Source of the DNA: Alphaproteobacteria bacterium
Lineage (GTDB): Bacteria > Pseudomonadota > Alphaproteobacteria > MPNO01
Direction of reading: 5' to 3'
Length of the DNA stretch: 64,000 bases
Assembly (NCBI GenBank): GCA_965248835.1
Contig: CBDFLJ010000002.1
Location: 800,001-864,000 of the forward strand
Shown: piece by piece, positions 20,779 to 31,832 of the stretch
Layout: each line of letters opens with the position of its first letter
Numbering within the stretch: the stretch's first letter is position 1
The notes under the pieces: generated by a model
Databases searched by the model: none
The model's input: the letters and a program-made list of their open reading frames with translations, nothing else
What the model was told of the DNA's origin: nothing
Made by a program: the position numbers and the translations under genes

Positions 20779-21411
20779 ATGAAGCGGCATGCAGCATATG
20801 CGGTCTCGGCGGCGGTCGTGCTCGCGTTGGCGACGGCGCTGGTCGGCCAGGCCCATGCCGCCTGCGGCAGCGGCCAGAGAGTAAGCCACCGGGATGCGGA
20901 ATGCCTGCGCGCCAAGTGGGACAACAACACATTGCCGACCCCGAACACCGTCGAAGCCCAGAACCTGTGCTCGGACTACGGGACGGTCGTCGCGAAGATC
21001 GACTCGAAGGGTCGTCCGGATGACACATGGTCTTTGACCGACGGCGAGACGAGAAAAAGCGCACGCCTTTACAGGACCGATTGGGTCTACTGCTGCAGGG
21101 ATCTGAGCGACCTCTGCAACAAGTCGGACATCGTCAACGCCGATTCGTGCCTTGACCAGTTCCTGGCCAGCCCCGCGAGTGAAACATGCAGCAGAACACA
21201 TGCCCGCGTCGCCGGCAGCGATGAGTGCATGATCGTGACGGAGTGCAAGCCCTTCAAGCCCATCGCGGGGGCCCCACCGCCGGAAAGCATAATAACAAGC
21301 ATAACCGCGAGCTGGTCGGACACCGCAAATATCCATAACTGTGGGGGCCTCCTGCGCGTTGGCGCGTGTCTCCGACCCGGAGTTGGCGGCCTGCCGTCGC
21401 TGCCGGACTGA
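20779..21411 (+). CDS. Secreted 12-cysteine protein, paralog 1
   Basis: AGGAGG RBS, signal peptide ending AHA, 12 Cys aligned with 51198-51776. Confidence 0.85.
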   Translation: MKRHAAYAVSAAVVLALATALVGQAHAACGSGQRVSHRDAECLRAKWDNNTLPTPNTVEAQNLCSDYGTVVAKIDSKGRPDDTWSLTDGETRKSARLYRTDWVYCCRDLSDLCNKSDIVNADSCLDQFLASPASETCSRTHARVAGSDECMIVTECKPFKPIAGAPPPESIITSITASWSDTANIHNCGGLLRVGACLRPGVGGLPSLPD

Positions 21412-21562
21412 CGCCCCGCTTCCCCACGAACCCGAGCCGATTCCGGAGAGGGAAAGCGCTCGATCGAAACGGGATATAGCGCGTCAATCGGCGTGAGACA
21501 GCCGGCGGCGATGCCGGCGTCGCTTCGCCTCGCGGGACGCCTTCGCGGCGGCGGTTGCCGGC

Positions 21563-22050
21563 TAGGGCCAATCGACAGTCATGGTTTGGTTGAGCCGTCT
21601 TATGTGATTCACGGGTCTCCGGCGTTTCTGCTGGAGGTTTGATGATGGTCAAGCGCTACGCGCTTTCGGACTTGCAATGGTCCATCATCGCGGCGGGTCT
21701 GCCCGGCAAGCCGGGCGCCCCCGGACGAAGCGGGGCGGACAACCGTCAGTTCGTCAACGGCGTGATGTGCGTTCTGCGCCCGGGCGCGCGCCGGCACCAC
21801 CCGCCCGCGCGCTATGGCATGTGGAAGACGGTGCGCAAGCGCTTCACCCGCCGGGCAAAGGCCGGCGATATCGCATGCTCGACAACGCTGGTGCGTGCAC
21901 CGGGCCGTGTCCCCATAAGGTGATGCCGGTCGGGCTCAAGCGGCTCCGGCGCATCGCAACCCGATACGAAAAGCGCGCCGCCGACGTCCTCGCCATGATC
22001 AAGATCGCAACCGTCAGGATCCGGCTGCGTGCTTATGAGTTCGCGTCCTG
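21563..22050 (+). mobile_element. Internally deleted IS5-family (IS427-like) remnant
   Basis: RYALSDLQW...DNRQFVNGV...RYGMWKTV joined to LKRLRRIATRYEK; ends approximate. Confidence 0.8.
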
Positions 22051-22653
22051 GAACGGTTTGGCGACGATTTCCCGCCCCATCATCCTGGCGAAGGTTTCGC
22101 GCCGCGCCGTATAGGGTTGGAAGCCCGGCATGGCGCGCGCCATCGCTTCGGTCTCGGTGAAGATCTCGTCGTCGGTCTTCGACAGATCGAACGGCTCGAA
22201 AAACGGCTGGTCGACGAACCACGGCGAATCGACGAAAAACTCCACCGTGTTGCCTTCCGGGTCGTGGCCATAGACGCTCCACGAGATGCAATGGTTCCCG
22301 AGCAAAAGCTTGTCTTCGCCGACCTCGTTCTTCAGCCGGTTATACATGATGCGGAGGTCGTCGAGCGCCTCCAGCCTGAACGACACCTGGTTGACCGGCC
22401 CGCCGAAAATCGCCTTGCGCTTGTTCTCGCCGAGCTCGTCCGGCTCGCCGGTGCACAGGACGAGCTGGTGGTGCTCGAGCGGGTCCATGCTCAGGAAGCT
22501 GAGGTTGAGCCCGACGGCCTTGCCCCGGTCGGTGACCGTGAAGCCGATCACCCGCGTATAGAAGTCTTCCATCTTTTCGAGATCGCGGACATTCATGCCG
22601 AAATGGCTGAATTGAATTCTCGGATCCCGCTTGGGCGCTTTGACCTCCGGCAT
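22033..22653 (-). CDS. VOC/glyoxalase family protein
   Basis: FSHFGMNVRDLEKMEDFY, SVYGHDPEGNTVEFF. Confidence 0.88.
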   Translation of the reverse strand: MPEVKAPKRDPRIQFSHFGMNVRDLEKMEDFYTRVIGFTVTDRGKAVGLNLSFLSMDPLEHHQLVLCTGEPDELGENKRKAIFGGPVNQVSFRLEALDDLRIMYNRLKNEVGEDKLLLGNHCISWSVYGHDPEGNTVEFFVDSPWFVDQPFFEPFDLSKTDDEIFTETEAMARAMPGFQPYTARRETFARMMGREIVAKPFQDANS

Positions 22654-22654
22654 G

Positions 22655-22690
22655 ATCGTCCTCCCGATTGTCCTCCCGATCGTCCTCCCG
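22655..22690 (-). repeat. Three 12-bp tandem units, each containing a Shine-Dalgarno sequence
   Basis: CGGGAGGACGAT-CGGGAGGACAAT-CGGGAGGACGAT just before the ATG. Confidence 0.85.
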
Positions 22691-22900
22691 GTGCCGGCTG
22701 CGGCGCCAACGAGGGCGTCGGACGCCGGCAGGGGTTTGTCGGTCCAGGCCGGGATGCCCCATGCGGCGCTTCCCGGCAGCGCGAGCGTGACTCCAAACCG
22801 TCCGAGAGACAAGTCGCCGGACTGTTGCCGGGCCGGGCCCCCATGGCGGCCGGGGCCGCATCCCGCCGCAGGCGGGCAGGGTGCGGGCCTCGAGATCCTC

Positions 22901-22979
22901 GCGCACGGTCTGCGCCCCGCAGGCTTCCGGCGCGTATCAGCGCTCGAAAAGCGGCGGCATCGGATGCCGGCGGCATGGA
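22901..22979 (+). repeat. Interspersed repeat R, copy 1 (5' part only)
   Basis: GCGCACGGTC...CGTATCAGCGCTCGAAAAGC...GCATCGGAT matches copies 2 and 3. Confidence 0.9.
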
Positions 22980-23068
22980 GCGAGAAGAGCGCAAATGGTA
23001 GAAGCGGCGCCCGAGAGCAACGGTAGGGTCGCGTCCCCGCCGCTGCCACCGCCAGTGAGGGCCGACTG

Positions 23069-24574
<1,506 letters not shown>

Positions 24575-24637
24575 CGAGTTCCGCGTGGCGCACGGTGAGC
24601 TCGACTCGGTTGGCAGGGGAAGCTGCCGGCGGCCAAG

Positions 24638-24863
24638 GAGCTGGCGCACGGTCTTGCGCCCCGAAGACTTCCGGCGCGTATCAGCGCTCGAAAAGCAGCG
24701 GCATCGGATGTCGGCGGCATGGACGACGGCGCCGACCGCGGCCCGCAGGCTCGCGGCGCATCGCGCATCGGTTCGCGCGTCACCAGGAAGTCCGCTCGCC
24801 GCCAGGAGCCGGCGAGCCGGGATGCAGGGGAAGGCCGAAGGGCGGCGGGCGCGGGTCGGCGTT
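24638..24863 (+). repeat. Interspersed repeat R, copy 2
   Basis: About 225 bp collinear with 25767-25985. Confidence 0.92.
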
Positions 24864-25077
24864 TCGGGCACGTTGCGGGATGTGGCGTGGGTCGTCAGGC
24901 CGATCGACGCGCGGGCGCCTCAGCCGAACCGACCAATGACCTGCCGCAAGCGGCAGGTTTCAAACTGAGACACGATTCCGGTGCGGGTGTTCTCACCCGG
25001 CATTTCCCGGCCATTGCCGATCGGCGGCCGCAGCCGCAAACGTCATCGCCGTTGCTCCCGGCCGCGACAGCGCTTAG

Positions 25078-25103
25078 GGTAGACATCTCCTGATCCTTCT
25101 ACC
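25078..25103. promoter_or_regulatory. Possible VapB operator
   Basis: GGTAGA-N14-TCTACC just before vapB. Confidence 0.4.
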
Positions 25104-25113
25104 GGAACGCGCG

Positions 25114-25371
25114 ATGGGCCTGAACATCAAGAATGAGGCGACCTGCCGGCTGGCCGGCGAGCTGGCGCGGCTGACCGGCGAGACCATGACCGGCGCGATC
25201 ACCGTCGCGCTGCGCGAACGGCTGGAGCGTGAGAAGCGCCGGCGCGGCGCGGATGCCTTGGCCCGGGAGCTTCACGCCATCGGAGAGCGTTGCGCCAAGC
25301 TTATGGGACCCGGGCCGTCGGCCGTGGAGCACGGCGACATGCTCTACGACGAGCGTGGCTTGCCCAAGTGA
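25114..25371 (+). CDS. vapB: VapB antitoxin (Rv0623-like)
   Basis: MGLNIKN...LARLTGETMTGAI...LYDERGLPK. Confidence 0.92.
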   Translation: MGLNIKNEATCRLAGELARLTGETMTGAITVALRERLEREKRRRGADALARELHAIGERCAKLMGPGPSAVEHGDMLYDERGLPK

Positions 25372-25381
25372 TCGTCGACAC

Positions 25382-25768
25382 GTGATTATCGATACGTCGG
25401 CCGTCCTGGCCATCCTGCTCGGCGAGCCCGACGCGGGGCGTTATGAAGACGCGATAGCGGCGGCTTGGCCCCGCCGCATGTCGGCGGTCGGGCTGCTCGA
25501 GGCGGCGATGGTTGTCGAAAGCCGGGGCGGCGCCGCGGCGGGACATGAGCTCGATGTGCTGTTGGAGAAGGCGGCGGTCGAACTGGTGCCGGTCACCTCC
25601 GAACAGGCCATCGCCGCGCGCCGCGCCTGGCGGCGTTTCGGCAAGGGCAATCATCCGGCGGGGTTGAACTTCGGCGACTGCTTCGCCTATGCGCTCGCCG
25701 ACACGATGGGCGAGCCGCTGCTGTTCAAGGGCGGGGACTTCACTCGCACCGATATCGCGGCGGCCTGA
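25382..25768 (+). CDS. vapC: VapC PIN toxin
   Basis: IIDTSAVLAIL, RFGKGNHPAGLNFGDCFAYALA, LLFKGGDF. Confidence 0.92.
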   Translation: MIIDTSAVLAILLGEPDAGRYEDAIAAAWPRRMSAVGLLEAAMVVESRGGAAAGHELDVLLEKAAVELVPVTSEQAIAARRAWRRFGKGNHPAGLNFGDCFAYALADTMGEPLLFKGGDFTRTDIAAA

Positions 25769-25985
25769 GCTGGCGCACGGTCTTGCGCCCCGAAGGCTTC
25801 CGGTGCGTATCAGCGCTCGAAAAGCAGCGGCATCGGATATCGGCGGCATCGACAACGGCGCCGACCGGCAGCAAGCCGGCGGGCGGCGCATCGCGCATCC
25901 GTTCGCGCGTCACCAGAATGTCCGCTCGCCGCCGGGAGCCGGGATGCAGGGTAAGGCCGAAGGGCGGCGGGCGCGGGTCGGCGTT
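25767..25985 (+). repeat. Interspersed repeat R, copy 3
   Basis: Collinear with copy 2; begins in the vapC stop codon. Confidence 0.92.
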
Positions 25986-26010
25986 GCCTGGGGCGTTGTT
26001 TTGCATTAGT

Positions 26011-26029
26011 GTGATGCGATTGACATCAC
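26011..26029. promoter_or_regulatory. Palindromic operator upstream of the RHH antitoxin
   Basis: GTGATG-N7-CATCAC. Confidence 0.55.
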
Positions 26030-26046
26030 CAGACATCGGCATTGCC

Positions 26047-26268
26047 ATGAGCCAGATCACCGCGCGCTTGCCCGATTCGGTCGTCGCCGCGCTGGATGCG
26101 GCCGCGCGCCGGCTGAAGCGCAGCCGGGCGGAGATCGTCCGCCAGGCGGTCGAGCGTTACCTCGAAGATTTCGACGATCTGTCGGTGGCGGTCGAGCGGC
26201 TGCGCGATCCGAACGATCCGGTGCTGGACTGGGATCAGGTCAGGCGTGAGCTTCTCGATACGGATTAA
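26047..26268 (+). CDS. CopG/ribbon-helix-helix antitoxin
   Basis: MSQITARLPD...SRAEIVRQAVERYLED...LDWDQVRREL. Confidence 0.88.
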   Translation: MSQITARLPDSVVAALDAAARRLKRSRAEIVRQAVERYLEDFDDLSVAVERLRDPNDPVLDWDQVRRELLDTD

Positions 26269-26512
26269 GGGCAGCGCGGCCAAGGAGCTGGGGCGTATCG
26301 CGAAGCCGGACCGGGTGCGGATCGTCGCGGCGATCGACCGGCTGGCGGCGAACCCCTTTGCGGGCAGTGCGTTGAAGGGCGAACAGCGGGGCCTGCGGCG
26401 GCTGCGCGTCGGCGATTACCGGATACTGCACGAAGTCCAAGACGACTTGCTGGTCGTTCTGGTCGTTCGTGTCGCCCATCGCCGGGAGGCGTATCGCGGC
26501 CGGGCGGTATGA
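26246..26512 (+). CDS. relE: RelE/StbE family toxin
   Basis: LKG...RRLRVGDYRI, VVRVAHRREAYR. Confidence 0.92.
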   Translation: MSFSIRIKGSAAKELGRIAKPDRVRIVAAIDRLAANPFAGSALKGEQRGLRRLRVGDYRILHEVQDDLLVVLVVRVAHRREAYRGRAV

Positions 26513-26740
26513 CCGTTCGCGCGTAACACTCTTCCATTCGAGCCCTGGCAGCGAATCGTCCGGTGGAACCGGTGGTTTCGGAAATCTGGATATCGGGATT
26601 TGCGCTGCTATGTTGGTGGGGAAGAGTCGTAAGCACCCAGGCGGCGGTGAAAGGAGCGGCGAGAGGCCCCGATAGCAGGGGTGAGCGGTCTTCGAATATG
26701 AAACGCCCGCGGGACCGCGAGGCGAGAGGGGGCACGAACG

Positions 26741-27988
26741 GTGAAACGTGCGAACAACATCAACCCCGCCATTCTGGTGTGGGCGCGCGAGACGGCCGGC
26801 CTGGAACTGGAAGAGGCCGCGGACCGCCTCGACTTCATCAAGCCGAAGGCCGCGGAAAGCGCGGCCGAGCGCCTGCTGGCTTTCGAGCGCGGAGAGCGCG
26901 TGCCAACCCGCAATCAGCTCGTGACATTCGCGTCGGTCTACCGGCGCCCGCTGCTGGCCTTCTACATGAAGCAACCGCCGGCGAAAGGGGATCGGGGCGA
27001 GGACTTTCGCCAGACCGCCGGCAGGGTCTCGCGGCGCGATAACGCGCTTCTGGACGCGCTTCTGCGCGACATCCGCGCGCGGCAGGAAATGCTCAGAAGC
27101 CTGCTCGAGGATGACGAGGAGACCGGCGAGCTAGCGTTCGTCGGTTCGGCGGCTATCGATCAGGAAGCAGAGGCCGTTGCCGCATCGATCGCGGCGACGC
27201 TCGCGTTCGATCACCAGAAGCGCGCGGCGCGGCGCGGCGACGCCGATGCGCTGTTCAGGACCCTCCGGGGCCAAGTCGAGGCGGCCGGTGTCTTCGTCCT
27301 TCTCATCGGCGATCTGGGCTCCCACCACACCGCGCTCGGCGCCGAGGTGTTCCGCGGCTTTGCGATCTCGGACCGCATTGCGCCCTTCGTGGTGATCAAT
27401 GACCAGGACGCTCGGCCTGCGCGGTCCTTCACACTCGTGCACGAGCTGGCCCATATCTGGCTCGACAGGTCCGGCGTGAGCGGCGGACCGTCCCCGGATA
27501 CCCCGCGATCGGATGAGGATCGGATCGAGCGGTTCTGCAACGATGTCGCCGGCGCATTCCTGCTGCCCGCCAGCGCACTGCGCACACGGCCGGCCGGGCT
27601 GGAGGCCGGGGACAAGGAGAGTGCTGCCGCCGCGATCAGCGCCCTGGCAGACGACTGGTCGGTCAGTGAACCGATGGCGGCCTACCGGCTGAGCCGTACC
27701 GGTTGGATCGAGACCGCGGTCTATCGAGAGCTGATGGCGGACTACGCCGCACGATGGCAGCGCCAGCGCGAGCAGAACCGTGACAGCGAGGGCGCTCCCA
27801 ACCCCCATGTCGTCAGACGCAGCAAGCTCGGAAATGCGCTTCTCGATGTCGTGCGGCGCACCCTGCGAGACAATGCGCTCACCCACACCAAGGCCGCCAA
27901 GCTTCTCGGCGTAAAGCCCGGCGCAGTCGAACCGCTGCTCCGCGGCTACGAACCAAACCGGGGCTCGATGATCCAGGGCGCAGGGTAG
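26741..27988 (+). CDS. XRE-HTH plus ImmA/IrrE (peptidase M78) protein
   Basis: LVWARETAGL HTH; FTLVHELAHIW zinc motif; ERFCNDVAG. Confidence 0.92.
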   Translation: MKRANNINPAILVWARETAGLELEEAADRLDFIKPKAAESAAERLLAFERGERVPTRNQLVTFASVYRRPLLAFYMKQPPAKGDRGEDFRQTAGRVSRRDNALLDALLRDIRARQEMLRSLLEDDEETGELAFVGSAAIDQEAEAVAASIAATLAFDHQKRAARRGDADALFRTLRGQVEAAGVFVLLIGDLGSHHTALGAEVFRGFAISDRIAPFVVINDQDARPARSFTLVHELAHIWLDRSGVSGGPSPDTPRSDEDRIERFCNDVAGAFLLPASALRTRPAGLEAGDKESAAAAISALADDWSVSEPMAAYRLSRTGWIETAVYRELMADYAARWQRQREQNRDSEGAPNPHVVRRSKLGNALLDVVRRTLRDNALTHTKAAKLLGVKPGAVEPLLRGYEPNRGSMIQGAG

Positions 27989-27997
27989 AGCCCTGGC

Positions 27998-28097
27998 GTG
28001 CTTTATCTGGTCGACGCCAACGTCCTGATTCGCGCGCACGAAGACTATTACCCGCTCGATTGCGTCCCACAGTTCTGGGAGTGGCTGAAGCAGCAAG
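27998..28097 (+). pseudogene. DUF4411-type PIN protein, N-terminal piece
   Basis: MLYLVDANVLIRAHEDYYPLDCVPQFWEWL, then abrupt switch to transposase sequence. Confidence 0.85.
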
Positions 28098-28469
28098 CCC
28101 TGGCGCGAAAGTCTACACGGATGAGCACAGCGGCTACCAAGGGCTCCCGAACCATGAGACGGTCAAGCATAGCGTGGGGGAGTACGTGGACGGCATGGCT
28201 CACACCAACGGCATTACCGGCCGCCGGCCCCGGAATCCTTTTGGAGCATGCTCAAGCGCGGGTACAGAGGTACGTACCACCGCATGAGTGCCAAGCACCT
28301 TCAGCGGTACGTCAACGAGTTTGCAGGGCGGTACAATGTCCGTTCAATGGACACCCTGGACCAGATGGCGGACGTAGCGCGCGGGTTTGTCGGAAAGCGG
28401 CTGCGTTACGCTGACCTGATAGCCGCTCGGGACGTCGTCGTGCCGCAGGCTGGCAGCGACGTATTCTGA
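28098..28469 (+). mobile_element. IS1595-family transposase 3' remnant
   Basis: VYTDE...GEYVDGMAHTNGI / ESFWSMLKRGYRGTYHRMSAKHLQRYVNEFAGR; small insertion shifts the frame. Confidence 0.88.
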
Positions 28470-28507
28470 TGCGAGCCGATGGATTAGAGAATAATATACG
28501 GCCCAAC

Positions 28508-28535
28508 TTGACACACAAGCAGCGTTGGGTATAAT
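28508..28535 (+). promoter_or_regulatory. Sigma70 promoter, copy 1
   Basis: TTGACA-N16-TATAAT. Confidence 0.8.
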
Positions 28536-28801
28536 GACCTTACATCAAAACAGGTTGTGAATGGTATGGGCTATTCCCCACACTTTCAAGGATAAGGCCC
28601 TGTTATCTCAAAGAGATTTCGATTCGTCCCGAAACATCGGCTATCACTCCTGGACCAGATGGCGGACGTAGCGCGCGGGTTTGTCGGAAAGCGGCTGCGT
28701 TACGCTGACCTGATAGCCGTTCGGGGCGTCGTCGTGCCGCAGGCTGGCAGCGACGTATTCTGATGCGAGCCGATGGATTAGAGAATAATATACGGCCCAA
28801 C

Positions 28802-28829
28802 TTGACACACAAGCAGCGTTGGGTATAAT
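28802..28829 (+). promoter_or_regulatory. Sigma70 promoter, copy 2, upstream of fic
   Basis: TTGACA-N16-TATAAT. Confidence 0.85.
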
Positions 28830-28854
28830 GACCTTACATCAAAACAGGTTGTGA

Positions 28855-30024
28855 ATGGTATGGGCTATTCCCCACACTCTCAAGGATAAGGCCGTGTTAT
28901 CTCAAAGAGATTTCGATTCGTCCCGAAACATCGGCTATCACTATGGGGCGTTTCCCCCGAAGGATCTCGACTACAGCGGCATTGTTACGCCGCTAACCGA
29001 GGCTGCAGCGGCAGTCGCCCGTTATGAGCAGATGCTCAAGGGCATACACAATACCCGCCTTTTCCTGACGCCCCTCGAACGCCAGGAGGCAATATCGTCT
29101 TCACGTATGGAGGGTACGATCTCCACGCTTGATGAACTGCTAATGTACGAGGCCAATCTTGAGGAAGATGAAACCCATCCCTCTGCCCGGCAGGACACCC
29201 TTGAAGTACACGCTTATCGACTAGCAGTGAGCCGTGCCGAACGCATGATAAATGACGGTGCTGAGTTATCTCCAGACCTACTACGTGCGTGCCACAAAGC
29301 ACTTCTCGGATTTACGCGCGGACGTGAGAAGTCTCCAGGAAACTTCAAAACGGATCAGAACTACTTAGTGGATATGCTTAGTCGGAAGATTTTATTCACT
29401 CCAATTTCTCCTGCTCATTTGGAATACGGGCTTGATGATTTGTTCTCATTTATTAGAGACAGCGATGTGCACCCACTGATTAAGACCGCGATAGCTCATG
29501 TAGAATTCGAATCTCTGCACCCCTTTAACGATGGAAATGGACGAATTGGTCGTATTTTTATAACGTTGATGCTTTGGAAGTTAGGACAAATTTCGCACCC
29601 GTATTTCTATATCAGTGGGTATTTGGAAAAAAGGAAAAACGACTATATAGACTGTATGCGTGCTGTATCTGCCAAACAAGACTGGACGTCATGGTGTATT
29701 TTCTTTCTTGAAGCAGTGCGCGGTCAAGCGGAAATGAACCTTATAAAGTCGGAAGAGATAAGAGAGTTGTACGAAGATATGAAAGAAATATTTCGAGTCA
29801 ATTTGTCGTCTCAGTGGTCCATTAACGCCCTAGATTTCATTTTTGCGAACCCTGTGTTTCGTAACAACGGGTTCACCAGCCGTAGTGGCATTCCCAAGCA
29901 AACCGCCAACCGCTTTACCCGGGTTCTTCTGGAAGCTGAACTACTTACTACCATCCGACCGCCGTCTGGCCGCCGTCCCGGTCTCTACGCTTTTGAACCG
30001 CTTCTCCAGATTGTTCGCGTGTAA
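28855..30024 (+). CDS. Fic family protein
   Basis: HPFNDGNGRIGR; SSRMEGT inhibitory-helix-like motif; visibly AT-richer than flanks; start uncertain. Confidence 0.93.
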   Translation: MVWAIPHTLKDKAVLSQRDFDSSRNIGYHYGAFPPKDLDYSGIVTPLTEAAAAVARYEQMLKGIHNTRLFLTPLERQEAISSSRMEGTISTLDELLMYEANLEEDETHPSARQDTLEVHAYRLAVSRAERMINDGAELSPDLLRACHKALLGFTRGREKSPGNFKTDQNYLVDMLSRKILFTPISPAHLEYGLDDLFSFIRDSDVHPLIKTAIAHVEFESLHPFNDGNGRIGRIFITLMLWKLGQISHPYFYISGYLEKRKNDYIDCMRAVSAKQDWTSWCIFFLEAVRGQAEMNLIKSEEIRELYEDMKEIFRVNLSSQWSINALDFIFANPVFRNNGFTSRSGIPKQTANRFTRVLLEAELLTTIRPPSGRRPGLYAFEPLLQIVRV

Positions 30025-30046
30025 TTTTTTTCTGTCGTTGGTTCAC

Positions 30047-30358
30047 ATGAGCCGGGAAATCAAGCAGGCGCTGATCCTCGAAGAAGAAGCGGACACCGAT
30101 GTGGTCGATCGGGTGCTGAGGGAGGGCTACGGCGAAAACCTGACCGACAGCGAACTGGAACAGATCGGGCAGGATGCATTCCTGATCGCCTATGCGCTCG
30201 CGGCAGAGGACCGGGTGGTGGTGACCAAGGAGACCCGCAGGCCGCGCGCGCAGCGGGCCAACCGGAAAATCCCTGATGTGTGCGATACCTCGGCAGTGCA
30301 CCCGATGTCAGACTTCGAACTCTACCGGACATTGAGATTTACGACAGCGGACCGGTGA
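30047..30358 (+). pseudogene. DUF4411-type PIN protein, C-terminal piece
   Basis: GQDAFLIAYA...VVVTKE...NRKIPDVC. Confidence 0.85.
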
Positions 30359-30699
30359 TGCGGCTCTGGATCGGAGACAGCGCCTTGGTTGCCCGCTGTT
30401 CGAATGGGACGAAGCCAGGACCGGGAAGCGCCGGAACGCGCTGCCGAACGGGGGCGAACGGTGCGGGAAGCGGGCAACCGGGATCGCGAAGCCGGCGCCG
30501 ACGCGCTACAGGCCCGATCGGGACGGGGCGGTATGCGTGATGGAGGGCGACCGCGTCCCTGTCGAGCCCGCCGCGCCGGTGCGGCCCGGGAACCTTCAGC
30601 CGCCCTCCGCCCGGCCCTCGCCGTGCCTGCCGGTGGTGCGGCGGTGGGTTGTGTCCTGCCTTGATGCCGGGCCGTTCGGCTTGCGCCTTGGTGTCCTCC

Positions 30700-30875
30700 G
30701 GGGCCGCCGCCGCGTTCATCAACTCGTCGATCCTGTCCGCGGCGCGCCCGATATCGACATCATACCGGTGAATGCCGCTCGGACGGCCCGTCACGCTGGT
30801 GCGGGACGGGAACACCCAGCCGTCCGGGTCGCCGCCGGCCGCCCGGCGGCGCTGGAAGATCCCGGCCGGTTGCCG
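30700..30875 (-). pseudogene. Possible integrase remnant 4
   Basis: DGWVFPSRTSVTGR joined to IGRAADRIDELM; catalytic part missing. Confidence 0.4.
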
Positions 30876-30961
30876 CGTGATGGGTCGCTCCAGGCTGCGC
30901 CATTGCCGCCCCCTCGACTGCGGGTTAATGTGACCACACTGGTTCTTTTCCGGAGGTCGTC

Positions 30962-31204
30962 ATGCGAAAGGTCCCGCTGCGCGATGCCAAGGCCACGCTC
31001 TCGTCCCTGGTCGAAGCGGCCGCGCATGGCGAGGCGGCGGTTATCACCCGCCATGGCAAGCCGAGGGCGGTTATCCTCGGGATCGAAGAGTGGAACCGGC
31101 TTCGTGATGTGCCGTCCTTTGGCCGGTTGCTGCTTTGCGCGCCGCTTGCGGACGAAGATCTGCCGCCGCGGGATCCGAGCCCGTTGCGGGATGCCGGGCT
31201 ATAG
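30962..31204 (+). CDS. Phd/YefM antitoxin
   Basis: DAKATLSSLVE...VITRHGKPRAV. Confidence 0.9.
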   Translation: MRKVPLRDAKATLSSLVEAAAHGEAAVITRHGKPRAVILGIEEWNRLRDVPSFGRLLLCAPLADEDLPPRDPSPLRDAGL

Positions 31205-31213
31205 GAAATCCGC

Positions 31214-31648
31214 GTGTATCTGGTGGACACGAATGTGCTGTCGGAGGGGAGTCCCGGCCGACCCCGACGATTTTCTGCTCTGATCGATTGGATGGACGCG
31301 CATTCGGACGAAGTCTTTCTGTCGGCGGTCACCGTCGCCGAGATCTGCGACGGGATCGCCAAGGCGCAAAGGACGGGGCGGCGTTCCAAGGCCGGCGGCC
31401 TCGCGGAATGGCTCGAAGTCGTGTTGCATCTCTACGCTGCGCGCGTGCTGCCGTTCGACGTTCCCGCGGCGCGTATGGCGGGGGCGCTCATGGACCAGGC
31501 GCGCGCGGCCGGTCGATCGCCCGGCTTCGCCGATGTCGCGATCGCGGCGACGGCCGGCAGCCGGGGCCTCACGGTTCTGACGCGCAATCTGCGTCACTTC
31601 GCGCCTCTGGGCGTCGACGCCATCGACCCCTTCGAGGCGCTGCCATGA
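31214..31648 (+). CDS. vapC: VapC PIN toxin
   Basis: YLVDTNVLSE, TVAEI, DVAIAATA, TRNLRHF. Confidence 0.92.
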   Translation: MYLVDTNVLSEGSPGRPRRFSALIDWMDAHSDEVFLSAVTVAEICDGIAKAQRTGRRSKAGGLAEWLEVVLHLYAARVLPFDVPAARMAGALMDQARAAGRSPGFADVAIAATAGSRGLTVLTRNLRHFAPLGVDAIDPFEALP

Positions 31649-31832
31649 GCGCGCCGGGCGTCGAGATCCGCACCGCCCGGCGGTCGATGCCGAAGGGGGT
31701 TCGGTCGCGGGGCTCGCTTGCGCGGTAGGCAGGATTGCTTATGAGCCGGGTGGCTTCATGCTAAAGTGCCGCTGAACAACGCCCGGCCTCAGATCGGCGA
31801 TCGGTTGAGCGCGGCTGGCAAAGTTGGTCGTC

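Larger units (their letters stand above)
28355..28942. repeat. 294-bp tandem duplication (28355-28648 and 28649-28942)
   Basis: Two adjacent copies, 4 mismatches seen. Confidence 0.95.

Noticed and set aside
17562-20948. 1128-aa minus-strand ORF
   Set aside because: Arg/Pro-rich off-frame read-through across fahA and neighbours; only the short integrase tail is meaningful
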